This document shows positions 7,894 to 16,349 of a DNA stretch of 64,000 nucleotides, piece after piece (position 1 is the first letter of the stretch; every line of letters starts with the position of its first letter). This DNA is from an uncultured Pelagibacteraceae bacterium (lineage in GTDB: Bacteria; Pseudomonadota; Alphaproteobacteria; Pelagibacterales; Pelagibacteraceae): the NCBI GenBank assembly GCA_902582155.1, contig CACHRI010000001.1, positions 73,307 to 137,306 on the forward strand, in the 5' to 3' direction. Made by a program: the position numbers and the translations under genes. The notes beneath the pieces were generated by a model that worked only from the letters and a program-made list of their open reading frames with translations, searched no databases and had not been told where the DNA came from.

Positions 7894-9510
7894 ATGGCAA
7901 AGTATAACTTTTGGTTCTTTAGTTCTTTTTTAATTGCTATAATTGTGGCTTTGCCAGTTATAACTGTATTCTTCAGTTTTTTTTCAGAAACTAGTAATTA
8001 CCTTACAATATTAAAGAATACATTTCTTTTTGACTATATAAACAACTCATTAATTATTTTAATTTTTGTTTTATCTATAACATTTTTATTAGGTGTAATT
8101 TCAGCTTATTTCATATCATTTTACGAATTTCCGTTATGTAACTTTTTTAGTTGGGCCTTAATATTAGCATTTGCAGTGCCAGGTTACATATTTGCATTTT
8201 CAATTATTGCTTTTTTTGAAAATTATGGAACTGCTTATTCAATACTCACGAATATTTTTGGCGAATATAATTATAACCCTCATATACCAAAATTAGATGG
8301 AATATTAGGATCAATTATAGCTATTAGTTTTTCCTTGTTTCCTTATGTATACGTTTTAACAAGATCATCATTTTTCTATCAATCAAACAACTATATAGAA
8401 GTAGGTCAAAACCTAGGTTTATCTGAAAGAGAAACTTTATTTAAAATAATTTTACCTTCAGCTAGACCAGCAATTATTGCAGGTTTAGCTTTAGTTGCTA
8501 TGGAGTGTTTGTCCGATTTTGGGACAGTATCAATATTTAGCGTTTCAACTCTAACTACTGGAATATATAATTCTTGGTTATCGTTTGATGATCTAAATTC
8601 AGCTAACCAAATTTCATTTATTTTACTGCTGTTTGTTTTTCTACTATTATCTATAGAAATTTATTCAAGGAAAGAGGCCAGATATCATCAACCTAGTAGA
8701 GGTTTTAAACCAATTAATAAAATTAAACTAAGTGGAAAAAAATCTTTGCTTGCTTTTTCTTTTTGTTTTTTGGTATTTTTTATAAGTTTTATTTTTCCAG
8801 TTTCACAGATGATCTACTGGACTTTAAAATTTCCAAAATATATCCAAGATATTAATATTTTGAAAATAAATTTAAATACAATGTATTTAGTTGGTCTAGC
8901 TAGTATAGTCTTAGTATTAATTTCATTATTTATTAACTATGGAAGCAGAATTTCCAAAAGTAAAATTTTAAATTACTTAACTAATTTTTCAATTTCAGGG
9001 TATGCAATTCCAGGTGTGATTTTAGCTGTAGCCTTTATAACTTTATTTAGCAACCTTAGTGAATTATTAAGCGAAAATATAAATTTAGGAAGTACTAAGA
9101 AAATATTTATAGGATCCATTTTTGGTTTAATTTTAGCGTACTTTATAAGATTTTTTTCTCTTTCTTTTAATGGAATTAAATCTAGTTATGAGAAAATAAA
9201 CAATTCAATTGATGAAAGTGCGTATTTACTTGGTTACTCAAAAATTAAAACTTTTTCAAACATTCATGTTCCATATTTAAAAAATAATATAATTTTAATA
9301 GTTGTGCTCATATCTTTAGAAATTATAAAAGAGTTACCCATTACTATGATATTAAGACCTTTCAATTTTGAGACTTTTGCTACACAAGCATACGTTTATG
9401 CATCACAAGATCTTTTAGAAGCTGCGGCATTACCATCTTTATTTCTTATTAGTTGGGCAACTATCCTCATTATATTTTCTTCAAAATATATACTTTCACA
9501 AAAAAACTAA
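7894..9510 (+). CDS. Fe(3+) ABC transporter permease (FbpB/SfuB type)
   Basis: Duplicated permease domains, MECLSDFG, GYAIPG, KELPITMILRPFNFET. Confidence 0.92.
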   Translation: MAKYNFWFFSSFLIAIIVALPVITVFFSFFSETSNYLTILKNTFLFDYINNSLIILIFVLSITFLLGVISAYFISFYEFPLCNFFSWALILAFAVPGYIFAFSIIAFFENYGTAYSILTNIFGEYNYNPHIPKLDGILGSIIAISFSLFPYVYVLTRSSFFYQSNNYIEVGQNLGLSERETLFKIILPSARPAIIAGLALVAMECLSDFGTVSIFSVSTLTTGIYNSWLSFDDLNSANQISFILLLFVFLLLSIEIYSRKEARYHQPSRGFKPINKIKLSGKKSLLAFSFCFLVFFISFIFPVSQMIYWTLKFPKYIQDINILKINLNTMYLVGLASIVLVLISLFINYGSRISKSKILNYLTNFSISGYAIPGVILAVAFITLFSNLSELLSENINLGSTKKIFIGSIFGLILAYFIRFFSLSFNGIKSSYEKINNSIDESAYLLGYSKIKTFSNIHVPYLKNNIILIVVLISLEIIKELPITMILRPFNFETFATQAYVYASQDLLEAAALPSLFLISWATILIIFSSKYILSQKN

Positions 9511-9522
9511 TATAATCAATTA

Positions 9523-10593
9523 ATGTCAAATCGATTTTTTGAAATTAAAGCTGGTAATTTTGTTGCGAGTGAAAAAAACAAAGTTAACAATGTAAACCTC
9601 AAAATAGAAAATAAAGGTGAAATTGTTTCTTTACTAGGCCCTTCTGGTGTTGGTAAAACAACAATACTTAGAACCATTGCTGGATTACAAAAATTAAGTG
9701 CCGGAGAAATTTATTTAAAAAATAAATTAATTTCTTCTAAAGAAGTTCATATTGAACCAGAGAAAAGAAATATAGCTCTGTCATTCCAAGATAATTCATT
9801 ATTTCCAAATTACAAAGTAATTGACAATATAAATTTTGGAAAAAAAAGATCTAATGGTAACGGCTTTTCTTATAGAACAGAAGATATTATAAAATTACTT
9901 CATATTGAGCCAATTCTAGAAAAATTTCCACATCAAATAAGCGCTGGTGAAGCTCAACGAGTATCTTTAGCCAGATCTTTAATGTCAAAACCAGATCTAT
10001 TGTTATTAGATGAACCGTTTTCAAATATTGATCAGAATTTAAAAGAAGAGATACAATATTCTGTAAAAAAATTAATAAAAAAAATTAATTTAACTACTAT
10101 AATTGTAACACATGACTCCTACGAAGCATTTTCTCTTGCTGATAGATGTGGAATAATACTTAACCAAGAATTAAAACAATATGATGTTCCGTATAATGTT
10201 CATCATGAACCTAATTCATTAGAAGTAGCGAAATTTTTAAATAAAGGAGTTTTTGTTGACGTCAAAGTTGTAACAAACGATTGTGCTGTACATAGCTTAC
10301 AACACAACGAGTTAGGAGAGATACGGGGGAAACTTCTTAAAAATTTTCCAACAGGAAAAAGTGTTAAACTATTATTACAACCTGAAGATCTTATTCATGA
10401 TGATCAAAGCAAACTTAAACTTGAGGTGGTAGACAGAAAGTTTAGAGGAACTAATTTTATATACACATTAAAAACTCAAAAAGGTGAACATATTCCAGTT
10501 TTTGTTCACTCCCACCATATTCATCAACACGAAAAAAATGAAAAGTTTGGTATCAAAACTCCTATTTTTATTGACCATTTAGTATGTTTCTAA
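9523..10593 (+). CDS. Fe(3+) ABC transporter ATP-binding protein (FbpC type)
   Basis: GPSGVGKT, LLDEPFS, TOBE-like C-terminus with HSHH. Confidence 0.9.
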   Translation: MSNRFFEIKAGNFVASEKNKVNNVNLKIENKGEIVSLLGPSGVGKTTILRTIAGLQKLSAGEIYLKNKLISSKEVHIEPEKRNIALSFQDNSLFPNYKVIDNINFGKKRSNGNGFSYRTEDIIKLLHIEPILEKFPHQISAGEAQRVSLARSLMSKPDLLLLDEPFSNIDQNLKEEIQYSVKKLIKKINLTTIIVTHDSYEAFSLADRCGIILNQELKQYDVPYNVHHEPNSLEVAKFLNKGVFVDVKVVTNDCAVHSLQHNELGEIRGKLLKNFPTGKSVKLLLQPEDLIHDDQSKLKLEVVDRKFRGTNFIYTLKTQKGEHIPVFVHSHHIHQHEKNEKFGIKTPIFIDHLVCF

Positions 10594-10605
10594 TTAAATA
10601 GTAAT

Positions 10606-11343
10606 ATGAAATTTTCATTAGAAATCACTTCTAAAACTGATCTTTCTGTCCTCCCGGGGTTAAAAGATGTCTATGTAACAATGTTACCTGGTACAGATTA
10701 TAAAGAAGTAGCAAAAAAAGCTGATGAATTAGTTCGTTCTGGGTATAACCCTATCCCACATTTTCCTGCAAGATCCATTAAAGATTTAGATGAATTAAAA
10801 GACTACGTCAAAATGTGCAAGGATTCAGGAGTAAAACAGGCTTTAGTAATTGGAGGTGGAAGGGAGCCTAAAGGTAAATACCACTGCTCGTTGCAACTCC
10901 TAGAGACCGGATTATTTAAGGGGATGAAGATAGGAATTGCTGGACACCCTGAGGGTTCCCCTGATATATCCGACTCAGAATTAGAAAAAGCTATGAAAGA
11001 AAAAACTCCACTTGCAGATTATATAGTAACGCAATGGCTTTTAGATCCAACAGTAATAGCTAATTTTATTTCAAAACAAACTCTTCCAGTTCATGTTGGA
11101 ATTACTGGTCCCTTAAAAATAAGCAGCTTACTAAAGTTTGCGAGTATTGTTGGGGCAAAAAATTCTATAAATTTTCTTAAATCTAATACCAGTAAAGCTT
11201 TAGATTTATTGAAGCCTAGGGATCCTAGTGAGTTAATAAACAGTTTAAAGAAAGTGACTGAACACTTTCATATCTATACTTTTGGCGGTCTCAAGGAAAC
11301 AAATAAATGGTTGGTAGCAAATAATTATGCCAAAGAAAAATAA
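10606..11343 (+). CDS. metF: methylenetetrahydrofolate reductase, short form
   Basis: PIPHFPARS, LVIGG, AGHPEGSP, IVTQ, HIYTFGG motifs. Confidence 0.85.
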   Translation: MKFSLEITSKTDLSVLPGLKDVYVTMLPGTDYKEVAKKADELVRSGYNPIPHFPARSIKDLDELKDYVKMCKDSGVKQALVIGGGREPKGKYHCSLQLLETGLFKGMKIGIAGHPEGSPDISDSELEKAMKEKTPLADYIVTQWLLDPTVIANFISKQTLPVHVGITGPLKISSLLKFASIVGAKNSINFLKSNTSKALDLLKPRDPSELINSLKKVTEHFHIYTFGGLKETNKWLVANNYAKEK

Positions 11344-12736
11344 AAAAGTAAAAAAAAACAAACCAAAGAAAAAATTCAAATTAATATCTTTAAAACCGGA
11401 AAAAGTTAATTATGATAAGGTCCGTCATGAAACTTCAGTTGATCAGTCAGATAGACAAGTCCCATATAATCTCAGACAAAGCGGACCAACTAAAGTTGAA
11501 ATGTTAATATCTACAAGAGTAAGAAAATCTCCTTATTGGCATTTGTCAATGAAAGCAGGTTGTTGGAGAGCTACTGTTTACAATAGAATTTATCATCCAA
11601 GAGGTTATGTGAGACCTGAAAAAGGTGGAGCAATGGTTGAATATGCAGCAATTAAAAACCATGTAACAATGTGGAACGTTGCTGTTGAAAGACAAATAAG
11701 AGTTAAAGGTCCAGATGCAGAAAAATTTGTAGATTATGTAATCACTAGGGACGCGACAAAAATCTCAACAATGAGAGGTCGCTATGTAATTTTATGTAAC
11801 TACAAAGGTGGAGTTTTAAATGATCCTGTTTTGTTGAGGGTGGCGGATAATGAATTTTGGTTTAGTTTATCGGATTCAGATATAGGTCTTTATTTGCAAG
11901 GAGTGAATGCAGATAAAAGATTTAATGTTGAAATAGATGAAATTGATGCATGTCCGGTTCAAATTCAAGGTCCAAAATCAAAAGCTTTGATGAAAGATTT
12001 AGCAGGTGATCAAGTTGATTTTGACAATATGCCTTTCTATGGTTTAGCTGAAGCAAATATAGGCGGTCGAAGTTGCGTTATATCACAATCAGGTTTTTCT
12101 GGGGAAGCAGGCTATGAAATATACTTAAGAAACGCTACTTTGTACGCTGAAGATATGTGGAACGCAGTTTTAAAAGCAGGAAAAAAACATAAGCTTATGG
12201 TTATTGCACCTGCTCATCATAGACGTATCCAAGCAGGTATTCTCTCATGGGGACAAGATCTAGATCATGAAACTAATCCATTTCAATGTAATCTAGGTTA
12301 TCAAGTTTCTTTATCTGGAAAAGGTGTATGGGAAAAGAAAACTGACTATATTGGCAAAGAAGCTTTAGAAAAAATGAGAGACCAATTAAGAAACGGTGAT
12401 AAACCTTATAAGTTACAATTAGTTGGTTTAGAGCTTGGTGGTAAACCTATAGATGATTATGCAAATGATTTTTATTTAATCTCTAATAGCAATGGAGGCA
12501 AACCAGTTGGTTATATTACTTCTCCGTGGTACCATCCAGAAAAAGGTACAAATATAGCAATGGGTTATGTTCCTTATGAAGGCCATTTAAGTGCAACGGG
12601 CTTTCCGATTGGTAACTTAGGTAAAAAATATAAGGTGCACTTACCAAAGAAATACTCAAGTAGGCCTGTAGATGCAGTTGTAGTAAAAATTCCATTTACT
12701 CAATCATTTAATGCCAATACTAGAGAAGTATCTTAG
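11327..12736 (+). CDS. GcvT/aminomethyltransferase-family THF-dependent demethylase (DmdA/LigM-related, substrate unknown)
   Basis: WNVAVERQI, GPDA, NDPVLLR, IQGPKS, SGFSGEAGYEIY; overlaps metF by 17 nt. Confidence 0.88.
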   Translation: MPKKNKKVKKNKPKKKFKLISLKPEKVNYDKVRHETSVDQSDRQVPYNLRQSGPTKVEMLISTRVRKSPYWHLSMKAGCWRATVYNRIYHPRGYVRPEKGGAMVEYAAIKNHVTMWNVAVERQIRVKGPDAEKFVDYVITRDATKISTMRGRYVILCNYKGGVLNDPVLLRVADNEFWFSLSDSDIGLYLQGVNADKRFNVEIDEIDACPVQIQGPKSKALMKDLAGDQVDFDNMPFYGLAEANIGGRSCVISQSGFSGEAGYEIYLRNATLYAEDMWNAVLKAGKKHKLMVIAPAHHRRIQAGILSWGQDLDHETNPFQCNLGYQVSLSGKGVWEKKTDYIGKEALEKMRDQLRNGDKPYKLQLVGLELGGKPIDDYANDFYLISNSNGGKPVGYITSPWYHPEKGTNIAMGYVPYEGHLSATGFPIGNLGKKYKVHLPKKYSSRPVDAVVVKIPFTQSFNANTREVS

Positions 12737-12737
12737 A

Positions 12738-12814
12738 GCGCCCTTAGCTCAGTTGGATAGAGCATCGGTTTTCTAAACCGAGGGTCGTAGGTTCGAATCC
12801 TTCAGGGCGCGCCA
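12738..12814 (+). tRNA. tRNA-Arg(UCU)
   Basis: Cloverleaf, anticodon arm TCGGT-TTTCTAA-ACCGA, TTCGAAT loop, encoded CCA. Confidence 0.96.
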
Positions 12815-12819
12815 CTAAA

Positions 12820-13437
12820 ATGAAACAAAAATTTTATTTCGGAAGAGTAAAATCTAGAAAAATTTCTAAAATAAAAGAGAATAGTTTCAAGAATTTTTTA
12901 AAAAAAAACAATATTAATAAATTAAAGAATAAAAATAAATTGATTTTAGAAATAGGTATTGGAATGGGTGAAAACCTAATTTACTTATCTAAAAAAAATA
13001 AGAAAAAAAGTATTATAGGTGTAGATCCTTTTATAAATGGAACAGTGAATGTCTCAGATTATTGCATAAACAATAATGTACGAAATATTTATCTTTATCC
13101 ATATGTATTTCAAAAATTTTTTAATAAATTTAAAGAACTTCGTTTTAAAGAAATTTATATATTATTTCCAGATCCATGGCCCAAAAAGAGACATCAAAAA
13201 AGACGTTTGGTAAATGAAGAGTTTATTAAGAAAATTTTGAAAAGACTAAAAAAAAAAGGAAAAGTTTTTTTTAGCACAGATAATATTAGCTATTATGAAA
13301 ATGTAAAATCTATTCTTAAAACAATTTCTAAAATTAAGATTAAAAAGTTAAAGAAAATTATAACAATCAAAACTAAATATTATTTAAAAGCAGAATATAA
13401 AGGTAATAAAATTAAATCTCTAATGTTTTATTATTAG
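12820..13437 (+). CDS. trmB: tRNA (guanine-N7)-methyltransferase
   Basis: LEIGIGMG, FPDPWPKKRHQKRRL, TKY motifs. Confidence 0.92.
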   Translation: MKQKFYFGRVKSRKISKIKENSFKNFLKKNNINKLKNKNKLILEIGIGMGENLIYLSKKNKKKSIIGVDPFINGTVNVSDYCINNNVRNIYLYPYVFQKFFNKFKELRFKEIYILFPDPWPKKRHQKRRLVNEEFIKKILKRLKKKGKVFFSTDNISYYENVKSILKTISKIKIKKLKKIITIKTKYYLKAEYKGNKIKSLMFYY

Positions 13438-13874
13438 TTATCAATTTTGTCTAATCGTTTCTTTAAGTTTTTTGGTAAATTTTGAAACCATTTTTTTTCA
13501 TCACCAGATTTAGGTAAAATTTCACCATATTCTATCATTTGTGTAGGTTTTAGATCTAAAATATAGACCCAAATATTATCTTTTTTTAGTTTTATACAAT
13601 TTCTTATTGCTTCTCTTAAACTTTTTATTAAGTGATTTTTTACTCTTTTTGTTCTGCCTGATCTTATATGACCATATATAAATATTTCTGCTTTAGAGAC
13701 TAATTTTCCACCCATAAAATGATCTCCTTTTTTGGAAGAATTAAAAATTACCTGAGCAAAATATTTATTGGCGCCAGTGGCTTTATTATGAGCTTCAGTT
13801 ATTTTTTTTGCCAATTTTTGTTTTAATTTTTTTTGGATTTTAATATTAGAAGAGAAAACGAAATATGTTGGCAT
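13434..13874 (-). CDS. tautomerase superfamily protein, cis-CaaD/Cg10062 family
   Basis: Pro1 after Met removal; His28, Arg70, Arg73, Tyr103, Glu114; WVY and QMIEYGEILP motifs. Confidence 0.85.
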   Translation of the reverse strand: MPTYFVFSSNIKIQKKLKQKLAKKITEAHNKATGANKYFAQVIFNSSKKGDHFMGGKLVSKAEIFIYGHIRSGRTKRVKNHLIKSLREAIRNCIKLKKDNIWVYILDLKPTQMIEYGEILPKSGDEKKWFQNLPKNLKKRLDKIDN

Positions 13875-14009
13875 ATCAAATTATAACTTAGAACTTATCT
13901 ATTAAAATAGGTGTAAAATCGTATATTTTGTGATTTAAATTCATAATAGCTATATCTTGTGGTTATTTTATCAGATTGAAATTAATCATTAGATTATACA
14001 TAATTTCTT

Positions 14010-14045
14010 TTTTGAAATTTAAATTTCAAAATATTGTTAACAATA
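14010..14045. promoter_or_regulatory. two abutting perfect palindromes upstream of aapJ (candidate operator)
   Basis: TTTTGAAATTTAAATTTCAAAA (14010-14031) and TATTGTTAACAATA (14032-14045). Confidence 0.4.
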
Positions 14046-14064
14046 AAATGAAGGAATCATAAAT

Positions 14065-15111
14065 ATGATTAAATCAATCAAAACTTGGATTTTAGTTGGA
14101 TTGGCATCTGTATTGCTTGTGGCTTGTGGTCAAAGCGGTGGTGGTGCTGGTTCTAAAAAATCTAAGACTTTAGACAACACTAAGAAAGCTGGTTTTGTAA
14201 AATGTGGAGTTTCACAAGGACTTCCAGGGTTTTCAAATGCTGATGAAGCAGGAAACTGGACCGGCATAGATGTGGACGTATGTAGAGCTGTTGCAGCTGC
14301 TGTATTAGGCGATGCTGACAAAGTTAAATATACTCCGTTAAGTGCAAAAGAGAGATTTACTGCATTAACTTCAGGAGAAATCGACGTACTTGCACGAAAT
14401 ACAACTTGGACATTATCAAGGGACGCTGACATCGGATTAACGTTTGTTGGTGTTAACTTTTATGATGGTCAAGGTTTCATGGTTAGAAAAGCATCTGGAA
14501 TCAATTCTGTAAATGATTTTAGAGACGGTATATCTGCTTGTACAAACACAGGTACAACTACTGAGCTTAACATGAGAGACTTCTTCAATTCTAAAAACAT
14601 TAAGTATGAACCAATTGCGTTTGAAAAAGCAGACGAAGTTGTTCAAGCTTATGATGCGGGAAGATGTGATACTTATACTACTGATAAATCTGGATTAGCT
14701 GCTCAAAGAACTAAGTTGAGTAACCCAGATGAACATAAAGTATTACCAGAAACAATTTCAAAAGAACCATTAGGACCTGTTGTAAGACAAGGTGATTCTG
14801 TATGGGAAGATATTGTTAGATGGTCTCTAAACACTATGATCGAAGCAGAAGAGTATGGTGTTAATTCATCAAACGCTTCAAGCCTGAAAGACTCTGACAA
14901 CCCAGCTATTAAAAGATTAGTTGGTGCTGAGGGTGAATTAGGTGCAGCTTTCGGTTTAGACAATGATTGGAGCTTAAGAATTATCGAGCAAGTTGGAAAC
15001 TACGGTGAAAGCTACAAAAAACATATAGCAGACACAGGTATTTTACCAAATAGAGGTCCAAATGAGTTATGGACAAAAGGTGGAATTCTTTACGTACCAC
15101 CAGCAAGATAA
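14065..15111 (+). CDS. aapJ: general L-amino acid ABC transporter substrate-binding protein (AapJ/BztA/YhdW)
   Basis: CGVSQGLPGFS, ERFTAL, RNTTWT, ISKEPLGP, GNYGE; lipobox LVAC. Confidence 0.94.
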   Translation: MIKSIKTWILVGLASVLLVACGQSGGGAGSKKSKTLDNTKKAGFVKCGVSQGLPGFSNADEAGNWTGIDVDVCRAVAAAVLGDADKVKYTPLSAKERFTALTSGEIDVLARNTTWTLSRDADIGLTFVGVNFYDGQGFMVRKASGINSVNDFRDGISACTNTGTTTELNMRDFFNSKNIKYEPIAFEKADEVVQAYDAGRCDTYTTDKSGLAAQRTKLSNPDEHKVLPETISKEPLGPVVRQGDSVWEDIVRWSLNTMIEAEEYGVNSSNASSLKDSDNPAIKRLVGAEGELGAAFGLDNDWSLRIIEQVGNYGESYKKHIADTGILPNRGPNELWTKGGILYVPPAR

Positions 15112-15125
15112 TTGCTAATTAAATT

Positions 15126-15158
15126 AAAAAGGGCTGGATTTATCTAGCCCTTTTTTTT
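15126..15158 (+). terminator. intrinsic terminator/stabilising hairpin after aapJ
   Basis: A5-GGGCTGGA-TTTA-TCTAGCCC-T8. Confidence 0.85.
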
Positions 15159-15170
15159 ATTCTGCATAAA

Positions 15171-16349
15171 ATGAATTTTAAAAATCTTAAACTAAATCTA
15201 AGTAATAAAAACAAAGATTTAATACCTCAAATTTTAACAGTTGTTTTTTTAATTTTAATTGTAATTTATTTTACTATTAACGCCCAAAGCAATATGGGAA
15301 ACAGAGGAATTTCATTTGGATTTGGTTTTTTATCTCAAGAATCCTCTTTTGATATAACTTTTTCACTCATAGATTATGATGGATCTCATACATATGCCAG
15401 AGCGTTTTTGGTTGGACTCTTAAATACTATTTTAGTATCTGCAATAGGAATTTTCTTTGCCACAATTTTAGGGGTAACAATTGGTATAGCAAGACTTTCT
15501 CAAAATTATTTAGTAGCTAAATCAGCTGAATGGTATGTGGAAATATTTAGAAATATACCTTTAATACTTCAAATTTTTTTCTGGTACTTTGCTGCATTAA
15601 GAGCTTTACCTTTGACAGTAGACTCAATCAATTTTTATGATATTAGTTTTTTGAATGTAAAAGGGTGGTATGTTCCAAAGTTTGTTTGGACTAACTTTTC
15701 TATATTTATTTACTCTATAATTTTTGCATTTATTTTAATTTACTTTTTAGCTAAATACGCGCAAAATCAAAGAGATAAGTTTGGTAAACAAATTCCAACA
15801 CTGTATATATCAATTTTATTAATTATTGGTTTACCATTTTTAACTTTTTTAATTGGTGGAGTAAGTTTATCATTTGAAATTCCTGAACTAACTCAATTAT
15901 CTAAAACTGTTTATGTATATCGAGGTGGGGTTAGTATTATCCCTGAATTAATTTCACTAGCCTTAGCTTTATCAATGTACACAGCAACTTTTATTGCTGA
16001 GAATGTCAGAGCGGGTATATTAGGTGTTAGCAAGGGTCAAAAAGAGGCAGCTGCTTCAATTGGTTTAACAAAAGGACAAATTTTAAAACTTGTAGTAATG
16101 CCACAAGCTTTAAGAATTATAATTCCACCTACTACTAACCAATATTTAAATTTAACAAAAAATTCATCCTTAGCTGCTGCTATAGCCTATCCAGATATTG
16201 TTTTAGTATTTGCGGGAACTGCCCTAATGCAAACTGGCCGAGCGATTGAAATTATTTCAATAACAATGCTTACATATTTATCTTTAAGTCTCTCTATTTC
16301 AGTATTTATGAATTGGTATAACAAAAAAATGGCTATAAAGGAAAAATAA
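15171..16349 (+). CDS. aapQ: general L-amino acid ABC transporter permease
   Basis: VGLLNT, YVEIFRNIP, QYLNLTKNSSLA. Confidence 0.93.
   Translation: MNFKNLKLNLSNKNKDLIPQILTVVFLILIVIYFTINAQSNMGNRGISFGFGFLSQESSFDITFSLIDYDGSHTYARAFLVGLLNTILVSAIGIFFATILGVTIGIARLSQNYLVAKSAEWYVEIFRNIPLILQIFFWYFAALRALPLTVDSINFYDISFLNVKGWYVPKFVWTNFSIFIYSIIFAFILIYFLAKYAQNQRDKFGKQIPTLYISILLIIGLPFLTFLIGGVSLSFEIPELTQLSKTVYVYRGGVSIIPELISLALALSMYTATFIAENVRAGILGVSKGQKEAAASIGLTKGQILKLVVMPQALRIIIPPTTNQYLNLTKNSSLAAAIAYPDIVLVFAGTALMQTGRAIEIISITMLTYLSLSLSISVFMNWYNKKMAIKEK

Noticed and set aside
11327-12736. Calling this gene dmdA or gcvT
   Set aside because: About 100 aa longer than typical DmdA with a different N-terminus; no gcvH/gcvP neighbours; best treated as a paralogue
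13918-13962. Pair of NrdR-box-like TATAT.TTGTG motifs
   Set aside because: Left halves match poorly, spacing is 29 bp, and no ribonucleotide reductase gene is adjacent
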